This document shows positions 25,258 to 38,600 of a stretch of 64,000 nucleotides of DNA, in pieces; position 1 is the first letter of the stretch, and the number at the start of each line of letters is the position of its first letter. The stretch comes from Lepidodermella squamata (taxonomy: Eukaryota; Animalia; Gastrotricha), in NCBI GenBank assembly GCA_047495785.1, contig JBLDXI010000001.1, positions 2,790,001-2,854,000 on the forward strand, read 5' to 3'. A program made the translations under genes and the position numbers. The notes below the pieces were generated by a model. The model saw only the letters and a list, made by a program, of their open reading frames with translations. It was not told the DNA's origin and searched no databases.

Positions 25258-26682
25258 TTAGGCGACTTTTCCAGCGCGTTGTACAATAGCGGCATTCAGC
25301 AAGCCTGCAGCAGCCAGGGTCTGGCTGTCATCAGTCAGTTCTCGGTTAGGCATCATGGTCATCAGGGAAAATGCGGATCGAGCGAATTGAGGGCGAGCAC
25401 TGTGAAAACAATTAATCCCATGAGAAATACGGGAAAGCTTTTCAAAAATTAATTTGCTAAAAAAAAGTACCGGCAGATTAAATCCCGAATTTGCGACACA
25501 GTGTGCGTGTGGTTTGCACGGGTAACCAATCGAGATCCATCCGCGAGTCGGATTTGAATAGTCGTGATGGGCTGTGATTCATCGACTTCAAGTTTTACAT
25601 CCTCTTGCTTCGCTGGAGCAGCGGTGGGGGTCGAAGAAGCAGAAGCAGCGGCAGCAGCTGGGGCACTTGAAGTCATAGGTGGCACAACACTTCCCAAGCG
25701 ATGACCTTCGCCAGCAAAAGCGACTACTTTTGGACGAGCCGGTGGCGTGTACTCTTCCGTGCGACGATCCTCTAGATCAACATGAACTTCAGCACCACCA
25801 GCAGATCGGTACAGCTCCTCAGGAATTCGGCTGAAATTTCGAAATGGACAATATAAAATATAACTAACCGAAAAATATTTATTTACCCTTGCGCAATTGA
25901 GGCCAGGAAACGCTGGTTTTCCGGGTTATCATAAGCTCTCAGCTCTCCTTCGTCAATTGAGAATCCATTTTCCCACATTCGCAAGCGGTAGTTGCGTGGG
26001 GGCTTGTGAGTTGGTGAAGTTTCGGCGGGCTGTGAAGCAGCTGCCGATGAGCCAGCTTCTGAACTAGCTCCTAACCTCGCGCCAGAACCGGTGAATGGCT
26101 TCAGTTTCGGTTTACGTTCCCCTTCATCTTCATCAGGAGACACAGGCTCCGCGCCATGCCTAATTAAAAAATAGAATCTGAAGATCTACAAAAATGAATA
26201 CCGTACTCTTTGGCTGCTTCAAACAGCTTCTTCACGATGTCTGGTTTATTTTGGCGATCAGGGCCAATGACAATTTCTCCGCTGTGCTCTCCGCCGACGT
26301 AGAAATACTGCCCATCTTTTCCGGTCTTCTTCTTGCGTTCCTCGTCCCAGACATCAAGCATTGACGCCTTCCCCTTGCCAGATGCAGTTCCGCCAGATGC
26401 AGCTCCACCAGAGCTATCGAAATAAAATAAATATAATATTAAATAAGCATTTTCAACATGGAAAAAATAAGCATACGCTGTAGCCTTGCCCTGTTGAGCC
26501 GACGGGGCCGGAAGATCGGCTTCCATTTGATCATCATCTTCATCATCGTCAGCACCAGCAAAGAATGCTTCAACAGCTTCTTCCTTGTTCCAGTTGTATC
26601 GAGCTAAAATTTCTTCAGCATGCTTCTTCGGGACACCAGTTAGTTCAATGAACTCATTGATTTTCGCTTCTTTTTCAGCCAT
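25258..26682 (-). CDS. NSFL1C: NSFL1 cofactor p47 (UBA-like, SEP and UBX domains), p97/VCP adaptor
   Basis: Exons 26682-26477, 26413-26207, 26159-25887, 25830-25471 and 25399-25258. Motifs [65 protein letters not shown] and LLNAAIVQR. Confidence 0.95.
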
Positions 26683-26821
26683 AGTAATAATCTAAGAATG
26701 GCAATACAGATGTTAGCAATCAGATTTATCTTCGTGGAAATATCGCCAAAACAATAAATAAAATTAAGAAACGACAATAATAAATTAGGAATGACTAGGC
26801 AAAGTCTACAAACAAGAAATG

Positions 26822-27436
26822 TTAAGGAACCCCAGAAATGTTGAGTTTAATTAATTCTGGATGTGAACCATTATTGCCACCAAATGGGATATAAAATAAT
26901 GAGAAAGCATGAGTTAAATAATGATCAATAGAGCCTAGCTCAGAAAATTCTTTCGCGCTGATGCGGCCATCGCCGTCCTTGTCCAGCCGCTGAACCAGGC
27001 GCTTTACGTCCTCCAGCGGATTTTCGGTGCCATAACCAGTCAGAGCTTTGGCTGCGTACACAAAAGGTAACAGATCATGCTCGCTCAAATAGCCGTCGTT
27101 GTCAGAATCTAACAATGGAAACAGCCATATCGCCTTATCTCGTGAGTCTCGACGCCCCAAGACGTAAATTCCCTTCAGAAATTCCGCGAAACTGACGTGG
27201 CCGTCTTTATCCTGATCGAACAGAGCGAACATCATTTCGGTGAATGGCAGAGGGTTTCCGCAAGGATATTCTTCAGCCAAAATCTGGCGGAGATCCTGGA
27301 ATGTCATGTATCCCCGAGGGTAATCCGCGAAAAAATCATTGAACCATTGCTGTACTTCCTCTCGCGAAAAATCAGTACCTCGGATCAAGTCATTTATTTC
27401 ATGACTTTGAAGTTTCCGAGTTGGCTTGTTACCCAT
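26822..27436 (-). CDS. Neuronal calcium sensor (NCS/neurocalcin/frequenin-like) EF-hand protein, intronless
   Basis: MGNKPTRKL N-myristoylation-type start, TDFSREEVQQWFNDF, degenerate EF1 (YPRG), and EF loops DQDKDGHVSFAE, DSDNDGYLSEHD and DKDGDGRISAKE. Confidence 0.88.
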   Translation of the reverse strand: MGNKPTRKLQSHEINDLIRGTDFSREEVQQWFNDFFADYPRGYMTFQDLRQILAEEYPCGNPLPFTEMMFALFDQDKDGHVSFAEFLKGIYVLGRRDSRDKAIWLFPLLDSDNDGYLSEHDLLPFVYAAKALTGYGTENPLEDVKRLVQRLDKDGDGRISAKEFSELGSIDHYLTHAFSLFYIPFGGNNGSHPELIKLNISGVP

Positions 27437-27999
27437 TTTTCGACAGAAAATCAATAACAACCATCAGATTAGATAAAGAGAAGGTCAGATATTGGCTTAA
27501 AACGTCATTCAGCGACAATGAGCACTGAGCACCACTGAATACAAACGAATAAACGAACGCCGCTACCTCAGACACTTCGAAAAGTCTCTTAAAAAGTATT
27601 TATTACTTGAAACGTTCATTAATTATTCAACTTTTACAAAACAATTTTTTGCTATATATATTGAATAAGTTTTATTTAAACAAATTTATAGCCGTTAGAC
27701 GTTTTTCCTGTAAAATTATGGCGCTAAATTTTCAAAGTTTTCGCCCGCCACCCTCCGCCTTGGCTCAGCGATGGGCGCTATGCGGTGAGCCTTTTATCGC
27801 TGTTTCTGTGTGATTATGCGTATACCTTATCAGAAAGTACTTTCTTGGTTTCTGAAATTCCTTTGCTGTGTTGTTCGTTGATTTATACATAATTCAACTT
27901 TTCTTTGTTTAAATTTTATTTGATAGCAGTTCATATTGGACATTCATTGGATCCATATTCTAGGACTCATGAGTTAAGAGTTGGTTCTAAGCTTTCGTA

Positions 28000-30900
28000 A
28001 TGGTAATGCAGTCGCATAATCCAAACGTTCCTTCTTATGAAGTGGACCACCTCTCCACGGTGGAATGTGATGTAAATGGTCAGTTGTCCGTCAATTTTTT
28101 CATTGTTGTTTCTTTACCTTGCTTCGTTTTGTTGCGCGCTAGCCGTCAACCCTGAGACATTACTCGCGGATTTTATGCGGAGATCGTCAATGGGAAACTC
28201 ATCGGGCGAGCAGATGATATGTGATATTGCAATAACATCTGATCACATTATCGTATCTGAAAAGCCCGGCAACGTAAGCCTTATTGCATATGTGTTCGTT
28301 GTTTCATTGATATGATTTGTAGCTTGAACTCGAGCGAATCCCCTTGTCAACCATCAAATATTGCAGATCTGTTCCCATTCAGCCTGCTGTTTTCCCAAAT
28401 CGATACAATAATGTACTGGCTATCGTAACTGGGCAAGAGGTGCACCTGTTTAACGTCAAAAGTTCGATCAGTGTAAGTACTAAATGACATTTTTGTTTGG
28501 CGTCTTTTCATGGCTGCGAATTTTAAGGCTGATGATGTAGCTGTGGCTATAAATGTTACTGTAACTGGTCGATCCATTGAAGAGTCAGGCGTCCCGAAAG
28601 ATTTAAATAACGTTGATTTCCAGATGGAAAGTCAAAGTTTAAATCGGTGCTTTGATGGTCTGTTTTATTCTTTTTACCATATCAGGAAAACAGAGATTTT
28701 CGTTTCAGACATTGAGCATGTTATCGGCAGAATCCAGCAGAACAGCTTGGATTTTCAAAGATTCACTGCGAGATGGGATGAATATGCCAAGTCTAACGCT
28801 GCAAAAAAGGGGAAAGCGGCGAAACAAAAAGATGCTGAGAAACGGCGAGCTGCTGAACTCGCTGTCATTACTGCAAATCAAGTCAAATCAGAGGAAGTAA
28901 GTGTTGATATCATTTAAGTAGGTAGTTTTATTCCTATTTGAATTTATTTAAGCTTCTCGATACGTTGCAAAAACTGAAACTAGCTCTAATTATCGTCGGG
29001 CGCATCCGATCGTCATTGAAACCTCCGTCAGTAACCGCCTCGCAGTACACTAACATGCTTATTTCACCATTGATCGCTGTCGTATCTACAACAAATCAAC
29101 CGCCGCTCTCTAGGGTTCCATTCGAATTTGTGAAGTCAATCGATGCTCCTCTATTCCGGAGAAGCATCCTGAAATTTATACAAAGCTCACTCACGTCCCC
29201 ACAGTTGGAATTTTGGAAGCAACTGGGTGATGCATGGAATATACCATTGTGAGCTTGAATGTAAAATTGAATTTATTTTACAAATTTTGTATTCACAGAG
29301 AAGACTGGCAAGGTGAAGTTCGGCCATACCGCCCGGTTTTCCGACCCGATAATTACAGCCCATATTTACCGTTCCTCGACCCTGCAGTTATAGCGGTTTC
29401 CCTTACAGATACCAGAGAGTAATCAACGTCATTATTTCGTTGAACAAAACGGTTGACTATTGACATTTTTCAGAGAGCTGAAAGAATCCTCAAATGAACT
29501 AAATAGAAATGTTATCTACGGGATTGCACCTCGACCCCAAAATCTTCCCCGTAGAAATGAAAGAGTTGCTCAGGTCGACGTCGAGAGAGGAACGGCTTAC
29601 TCGTGAGTTTCGATGAATACTCATAATTACTGAATTCGCTGTTTGTAGACTTTCCAGTGAATTTCGTCAACCTGTCGAGATTCAAGAACTGGACGATGTT
29701 ATAGCTGCCGCTGACGAAGCCGAAAGCGTTACTATCGGTCGCATCAAGCCTTACAGCGATGCAGAATTTGCGGAGAAAATTCGGGCTCAAAACCGCCGAG
29801 CGGCTCGAACTAAGGCTGCTTATCAAGCGAAAGATTTAACAGAACTGACTGTGGAAGAAAACGAGGTTGTAGAAGTGGTGGACGCTGTCGGAAACCACCT
29901 GGTAGTTCGAAATATTTTTGGCGATACCGGCAGGGTCCCGGCGGAAAACTTCACAGATGCATTCGCAGCAGGTTCGACGACATCTGGCCCTAAATCGGAA
30001 AGCTCGATGTCATCGCGTAATTCAGAAACGTCCGCATCAATTTCAAGCAGCGCATCGCCTGCAGTTGTTAAGGCGTCAACCGGAGCCGCTATTTCTGATG
30101 CGAAGCACGTTATCTATTCGAAAGTTACGTCAACATCAAGCGATCAGGGTCAAAATAAAGATGCGAGCAGCAGATCAGAGGAGCCGAAAACGGCCGAGAG
30201 TCAGCAAGCGTACAGTGAATCGGAGGCTTCGTCAACTTTTTATCAAAACCCAGCTGTCCCAACCTTTGAACAACAACTTTTCGCTACTTTAAATCAGCAA
30301 AATTACAAGCAACCAACTCCTTCTGGCATCATTGTCCATCCGAGGCCGTTGTCTGACCATGAATCGGAGGTGAGTGAAGCAATATTCGTCGACCCGATTC
30401 ACATGAAACCAAAAGAAATGTAAGTTTGCGAATTCTTGTTTATATTTAAATCATTTTTCTCAATTTAGAACTCCTGGCGTTGGAAGTGTTATGCCGATTC
30501 CAGAAAAAGATTACAAGGAGCCACCGTAATTTTTGCATAAAATGTCTGGATTTTACTTAATTTTCGTTATTTAGACCATGGCTTAAACCATCAAAGCAAA
30601 ATTTATTTGCGGCTAATATCAAATCGAACGGCGGGCGAGTTGTTCGAGTCGTACGGGAACGAGAGGCGCAACGCTCCGAGGAAATCAGCGTTTATTTACA
30701 CGAAACCCTGGAACTATTGGACACGCCAGTTGGGTCATGGTGGAATGTTCGAAACGCCGGTGGAAAAGCTGGCTATGTTCCTTTCAATTGCTTGCAAGAA
30801 ATGGAATTTTTCGATCCGAGACCGGCGCAAAAAACCATGGAGCCTGCGACTCTTATTGTTCCGAAGGGGTCTAGCGACGAAATTGTGGTCGAGACTGCAA

Positions 30901-32445
30901 AAACTACGAACGCAGCCCCTGCGCCTAAGCCGACCTCTGAGCGGTCAGTTGTTTCCGACTCAAGCAACCATGGTATGTTTGGGTCGCATTTTTGCTTGCT
31001 ATTTTCATTATTTTGTTATCGCTTGCACCACGCTATTAGCGGATTTTATAGAAGATTACTCGTACGCTCGCATGCCGCCGTGGACTCAGTCACAGCCCGA
31101 GCTTGTTATCGTCGAGCAGCAGTCGGAAACGTATCGAGATTACTTGCTATCGCGGAGGCGCAGCGGCGGCCCGGACGACGATGTTAGCCGTGAAAAAGCC
31201 GCGTTTGGCGCCCCTCTCCTCGCGCCGTTCAGGCGTAACAGCGCCGCTAATAATGGCAATTTCGAAGAAGCGCGGCGGAAAGCCGCTTCGGTTCTTTCGC
31301 TAATGATTACGTCTCAGGTCACGCGAATAGCCCACGAGATCCCGGCCTCGCAAGATGACCAGGCTGTAATTACGACTGGAAAAGACGGCGATAAAGAGGT
31401 CATCGAACGGGCTACAGCTGTATACGTGAAGCATCACCCGGCGCCGGTGCAAGTGCCGCAAAGTTTGCGGCGCCATGACTTGAAACACATTCGAGGTAAT
31501 TAACGAGGGACATTGATCGCGTGACTCGAGTCAATTAATGATCAATTTTTCAAACCTAATTTCAGCTCATTCCTGTATGGTTACGGTGATTTTTTGACCC
31601 TTTGGTGACCAGCGATCGATCTCAAACCTGCTTGCACGCCGCTAACTAAATGATTTAATTTCAGGAAGGCTAAATTTGATTGCGATGATTATTTTTTTAC
31701 AGAAAATATGGATCGTGTGACAGATCAGCTGAATTCATTAGCGGCGACTGGTTTGCTAGGTAAACAGAAGCCGCGCGAATTGCGGCGGAGGCACAAAGAT
31801 GAGAAACAGCATCGGCTGCAAAAGGACTGCACAGCCGATGACGTAAAGGCCTACTTGATGCAGTGCGGCTTTTCGCCCAGGTGAGTATTTGCCTTGGTCA
31901 TGAAACAATTTGCAATAAAAAACAGTTCAGTAGTTTTACTTGAATTATTCATTAAAACTATAAATAAGTCGGCAATGCGATGAAAGATTGAGGGCAAAAT
32001 AATTTTCGTGAACCATTTATAGAAGAAGTCTTGTGCAAAAATGTAACTGTTTTCGTCATTCAGATGGAGGTCCGTGATTTTGGGCGTTTTTGTCGAATAC
32101 TAAATTCTAAAGAATATTAGAAAAGGAACTCATGATTAATTTAGGAGGCATTTTAAAATTGATTATTTTAATTTAAATTTAATTCGCAACATTTTTAAAT
32201 TTATCTGTCTTTCTATCAGAGTGGTCCAAGAATTTGGGTCTTTTTCCGGAGAAGAATTGCTGGCTAAAACGAATTATTCCGACTTCGAACGATCGACTCT
32301 ACAGTCAACAGAAACGAAACGGTTGTATCACCTCGTTCAAGGCGCTCGAGCCTTGGCCGGAATGAATGCGGACCGTCACGCTCGAGAGGAGTTTGAAAGT
32401 AAAGTCATCAACCGGCGTCTCGAAGGAGCGGCGGCTCAGCCGTGA
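28000..32445 (+). CDS. EPS8: EPS8-family adaptor (PTB, central region, two SH3, SAM), multi-exon
   Basis: PTB motifs SYEVDHLST, LERIPLSTIKYC and VHLF; central LNRCFDDIEHVIGRIQ, LDTLQKLKLA and FWKQLGDAWNIP; SH3-1 at ~29800-29952; SH3-2 at ~30640-30793 (WWNVRNAGGKAGYVP); SAM TADDVKAYLMQCGFSPRVVQEFGSFSGEELL. Some internal exon boundaries were not fully resolved. Confidence 0.85.
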
Positions 32446-35400
32446 CGGGAAATAACACCACTTTTTTATTTCATTGCGCATTTATTGCGAAAAAGCCTCG
32501 TGAAACAAATATATGCTGCTGCTGCTTGTTGTTTTCCTGCTGATGAAAAATCTTGCTTGAAATTATATACATTTTATTTTTCTCGCGCCAGCTTTGCTCG
32601 TTTTTTTTGGTGTTTCTGCGGTTTTGGGGTTCGTTGCCAGGTAAGGTGTAAAAACGATGTGCATTTATTCGAGAGTATACGCAAATAAAATTTAATGTAC
32701 GGAAAAGAGACATGCAGTTTTGAGTGCCAATGCAAAATTTACGAGAAAAAACTGCGCCATTTCGCCTGCGGGGGTGTTTTGTTTTATGAATGAGCAGCGC
32801 GGTTAATGACCGGAACGCCTCAGAAGTTGGGCCAATCGACAATTTCGAACGGAAAGAAAAGAGGAAGACAAAGGTGGGCAGGTCTGTTTAGGTTTGGCTG
32901 TATTATACGTTCATTATCTTTTAATACGCGTTAAATGCTGTTGGTTTAGTGCATTTTAGATAAAATTCACGTTTTTGCCGGTCGTGCATGGGGGAGGGCG
33001 GCGACTCTGTGGCAAAAGGGCCGGCAATCGTTATCTAATCGATAAAAAAGCGCAAGTGCACACCAGTGAGTAGATACTCCATAGGTGTTGGCGAACAATC
33101 GGCTGTCAAATATTAAATAATGTAAAACAACACACACTTTGACGGCGTCGGCATTGTTGAAAAGTAAAAATAAAGCGTATTGTTATTTTGGTATTCGGTA
33201 TGCCCACCCATCGCAGCCAATATATCTGCAATAATAATAATTTTTTCGAACATCGGCAACAACCTGCCATGTCGTCTCTTACACGGCAATATTTCACGGC
33301 TAAAGCAAATAAAAACACAAAATATTTATTGATATTGGACGTAGAAAAGTAGTAATAATAAAAGCCATGACTTGATACTACCTGTAGCCAGCAAAGGTGA
33401 ATAAGTTGTTACCTGTTTTTTATTATTATCGTATAGTTTGTTTTTATAAGCGCGCGCTTGTCGCTCATTTGCAGGCGCACAACACGCCTACGCCTCGCAA
33501 ATTTACAGCAATAGATAGTAGGCTTTTTATTGATAGATATAGCATAGTCTTTATTCGATGCTCCTTAATTAGAACGCAATTAATTATGCCGCACCCAATG
33601 GAATATTCACCTTTAATGTTTCAACTTGCAGTTATTAAAGATGATATTTGCCATTTGCCTATTTCTTTAATTTCGATCGAGCATAAAAATTTTGCTTTAA
33701 AACTTGGACGTTTTCAACCCTGCTCAGAGATCGGCTGAAAGATGAGTGAGGAATATTATGCGAAAAAAATCAATTTTCTTTGTTATGATTTTGATAACTC
33801 AAACTGTGAGCTAATTAGGTCTAAATTCCCGTTTTATTTTTATTAATGCGCGTCAGGTCATATCCACGCGCCTGTAAGAAAGCGAAAAATTGAGTGCGCA
33901 ATATATCGAATGCGCTACTTGAGATTACCATTATTTGACATACAAAATAACTGCAGGCTCAGGCAGGTTATACATGTGGCTTATAATTAGTTCGAAACTG
34001 CCCGCTAGAGACCCGCAATATAATATAACATCTCGCATTTTGCTCGAATAAATAAAAAGCAAAATATTTACCTCGTCAACCGAAAAATCACAGCGTCTCT
34101 GTCTCGCGTGATCGCTAACAAACAAAAGAGCGGCCTGCCTGTCACTTGTCCGCCGGAATTAGCATATTAGTTTTAAGGCTGAAAACGATATCACAGTAAG
34201 ATACTAGCTTGTGTGCTATAAAATCTGAATTAATTATTCGCGAGTAGCGCAAAAATCATCGCGTCTGGCCTCTCACTCATCATTTTCTCGTATTTGTTTA
34301 ACAAATAATTAAACTTTGGCTCGAAGAATACATAGCTAAGTGATTTTCGTTGCCAACAGGCGCCTCTCCAAAAATCATGGCCAGATTTATTTACAGGTAT
34401 ATTATCACTGCCGTGAATAAATATTATTATTATTATTATTTTAGCCCCACGCGAGGATAGATACCAGGCGTGTCCGCATTTTTTATTAGAATTAGTCTCG
34501 CGCTCATGAGATATACTATTTATTCTACTCTTCACTTGTGCGCCTTTTGCACTACGACCGATATCCGGCTTGTCGCTATACCGAATTGATTGCCGCTATA
34601 TATCATTCTCCATTGACCGAGAAGTGTAGAATGCATTGGTATAATTTAAATAATATTGGCGAAAAATCGCATTCCTTCCACTAATAATAGTAATAATGAC
34701 AGCGCCACACGTGAGTGCGATTTATGACAACGATCCTGTTTGAATTTCTCAATATTATAAAATAAGCATACGTGCCGGCTTCATCGGCAGCCATCCGGCA
34801 TTGATGCGGTGCCAATATATACTGTGATCTGAACCATCGATATAGTGACGCTATGCGCTATCTTATAACCCAACGTGGCCTCGAAATAGACGCGACACAT
34901 CTGTAACCTATTATCAAATTATATCATCACCCACCTTAATTTTTAATTATTGCCTTTGATATAACTCATTGATGAATGAAGAATATACGATTGGGTCGCT
35001 ACGCCTACATCAAGAAACCACAAATTCTTATTTCGAAAAATGATTGATCTGCCCAAAAAATGATATCCCATATCATTAATTATCCCATGGGACACTGACA
35101 GACATTTTTACCTAAATAGAAATGTGTGTCTAAAGGCCTTTTTCCACGAACGGAGTACTGGTAAAAAAATTTCACCGCCCCGGTTATTTTTGTTGGCGAG
35201 AGATGTCTGTTATTGTTCATCGCGAGTAGTTTCGCAGCGTGAGACGAAATGAAGTTCCGCGGCAGGAATGCGCGTATATTTTCCACAAATACACGCACCA
35301 ATGTTGTTTCATGACAAGAAAAAAACTGGCATTGTTTTCTTCCTCGAACTCCCTTGTTTTTCTTATTAGCACGTAGAATTATCATAATATGCCAGGAATA

Positions 35401-35653
35401 TTCAGAGAATAGAAGTTTATTAAAAAAATATTGTTATTAATTGAGCTGTGCGCTTTGATATTATAAGGTGGATTTTTTCTTTTATTATAGGATTTATTAT
35501 ATACCTCAACCAATGTTTGCAGAAGCGAGGCGGTGGTCAGGAAAACATCGGTGATTTGCTGAAAATTACGAGAGACTGCGAATGAATGGGATGGTTGTGG
35601 GGAGTTATAGCCTGTTATTATTGATATCATCGTTATCAAACCCCGTGCGTTAA

Positions 35654-38600
35654 ATGCACGTGCATGCCGGCTCGAGGGCCGCGAATATGCGGCGCCGCAA
35701 CGAGGTCGCCAACCACCAGTCGTCGCCGGACGAGCATCGCCGACTGCCCGGCTGCTCGCCGCCCATCAACCGGCGATGCGCTTCGACGGCTAACATCGGC
35801 GGTGGTCAAACTTCACCGCCGCAGGTTCGAGCGAGTGCGCGGCGATTTTTACCAGCGACCCCTGTTTCGCCGCCTGTCTATCCCAATCACCATCACCACA
35901 ACCAGCCGCCATCGGCGTCACCGGGTCAACAAATTAACGCGCAACAACCTGTGATGACGATTCACACGTGCCCGCACAACGCGTCGGCGGCCGCGGCGGT
36001 GCTGGCGGCTCAGAGCAGTAGCGCTGTTACGGTAACGGCGTGCCCGGTTTGCCCGCGCTTCCCGCACCAAACGCACCAGTTTAGGGGCGTGACTCATGCG
36101 CCGTCGGCTAACAGCTCATCGCGAACGCCGCCGCAGTCGCGCAGCCACCACGGCGGCGGGTTCACCGAGTTGCTCGAAATAGCGCCGCCGCCACTTCACA
36201 TGCAGCAGAATTCGGTATTTCCAAACGCGCAGAATGTACCGCCGCTCGAGGTGCGATACGGAAATGCCGGCTACTACCGTGAGTTATGCGTCATTTTTCC
36301 AGTAATAATTAATTTCAAACATATAATCTTATTGCGACACCATTATTTAAGCGATTTTTCCTTTCTCCAAGTCTCTCGTTTCGTTAGGGTTGAACGCCTC
36401 AGATTTTTCGGTACGCAGCACCAAATGGCACTGAAGTCTTACCTTGGCCTTAGTATCAAATATAAAGAAAAAATGCGCAATCATCAATTATCCTTTGCAT
36501 TCTGTTGGCAGTTCGTTCCAGCTCGTAAAATATGCGAAGTAATAGCTAACATGATTCGTGCAAAAATCTATCGATAGATGCGTTGCTTTTCGTAATTTTG
36601 TAACCTTAAAACAGACACCATCTTTTGTAAGTTCTGATCGATATGTCTAATTGGTCTCATTTATAATTCGGTTCGCAATTACCAGAAAATATCGTATTTT
36701 GCACTCGGAAATTTGATCGCCGATATATAAAGACTATATAAGGCCATTTTTTGGTTTTGGCGCGATGGCAGGATTTTATTGACATGAGCGCAATTTTTTT
36801 CTCATTTTCAGCAGATTGAAAAAGCTTAAATTTTTTAATTAATTTATCTTCATTCTCTAAGATGTTAAATTTGGCTCGGAAAATGCATTTTTTACCGCTA
36901 AACAAATTTACCTTCGCATTTTTCCGCGCCTCGCTGTATATTTGCGGAAAGCTGATTGATGTTTTTTCAAAATCCTAATGTTTGTTTTTAGCGCTGGAAA
37001 AAATGAAAATCGATCGTTCCAATTTTTTATAGATTAGGGCCGGAAATTCGTTGGTACCGGAAAAGGCGGGCCCATCATCATCATCTATAAAATTTTAGCG
37101 GTCAAATTATATAATTTTTTTCTAGAGAAAATTGCTGTTTTTTTCTGGTTTAATCATTGAAGATGGCCTACGTTATAGCGTATGTTTTTATATCTGACCG
37201 GCCAGATTCGCCTCGGCTGCCGCGCCGTCACGCCTCAGGTGACCAGCAGAAGCTGAGCATGACCCCGCTGGAAATGGCCGGCAGCGGTTTCGACGATGCG
37301 GACCTGACGAGGGTGTCTCAAAGCGGCAGCCGGTTCCTCGCCTCGTCGTCGCACGTGTCGCCCATCGGCTCGCCCAGTTCGCCGCCGACACTGACCGCAA
37401 TGCCGGCGTGTGCTGTTCACGGCGACTTGAACCAACCATCGGCTTATTCGCCCGTCTACGAGAACACTCGCCTGAATCATCGCAATAATCATGAATCAGC
37501 AGCAGCATCGAACGGCGCCGGCCACCGGGGAGCGCCCGCCACTAGCAGCCTACTAATGCCTCGAAATGTTAATAGTAGCAGCAGTAAACGAAAACAACAA
37601 ATCGATGTCGTCTCGCGAGATCACCATCATCAGCAGTCTTGTACTAACAATAATAATAATAATAATAATAATTTCAACGCAGAAATAACAGACGCTAGTA
37701 ATAGGCACGCGATTGATAAGTCGTCGCGCATAATTGACCAAGCGCGACACTCTTATAATCACGGCGAGCCGGACATAACGGTGACAAGTATGCCGATCGC
37801 CACGCTGCGCGACCTCAGCCGCAACCGGCCGCAACCGCTTCCGAACGGCCCGAAATGGTCGGAAATCACCTCGTCCGGGTGGCGGTGTGCGTCAACGCCG
37901 TTCGACCACGGCCTGCTCGAGGGTAAAATCTTGGAAACTGCCATTCTCGACAACGAATCGACAACATCGGCACCGCAAACGCCGATGGTCGCCGAGAATG
38001 CCACGAACGATTTGCTCATATCAACCTCATCTCAACAGCCTCAACCTCAACCTCAACAACCTCATCGCGATGCAATCAACAGGGTGCCGAGTAACGGCGC
38101 CCCGGCGCGGCAACAGGTGTCTGTCGCGACGGACATGTCCTTTCACGCCCAGCTCAACACAGCGGCGCAGACTGAGACGCCGATAACTGGCGTTACATCG
38201 AACGTCAACTCGGCGTTTTTCTCCAATAATGAACAGGTAATGCAATGATTTTTTTTGCGCATTTTTATTCTGGCCTTGTTGATAATAATATCCTGTTTTG
38301 CGGCGCGGATGTTTTTGCGCGCGCTCACTGAGCTGATTCATTTAATCTATATCCAATTCTCGCGGCTCAAAGCGATTATTTCTTGTGCGCGTAGATTTTT
38401 CACGTCAATAGTAAACAGCAATAATTTTGCGTTTCTTCGATAATTTGTCTATCTCAGGTGGCGATGAAACGAGGCAGTGGTAAATTTCAGGCTAATTCTT
38501 CGCGCATTGACCCGTGTTATTCGCCCTACGAAAATTCGTCCAACTTTCGATATGCAATACCACAGGCAAATTGTTTTCGGGTGTTTCGTCGTTTTTTTCG

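Noticed and set aside
34157-34220. miR-2-like seed (TATCACAG) in a loose hairpin
   Set aside because: The seed would fall in the loop and the 3' sequence does not match miR-2/13.
37188-38341. Multiple overlapping antisense and alternative-frame ORFs
   Set aside because: Shadow ORFs caused by GC-rich codon usage of the real + strand exon; the same applies to shadows over the TRPM, SLCO and EPS8 genes.
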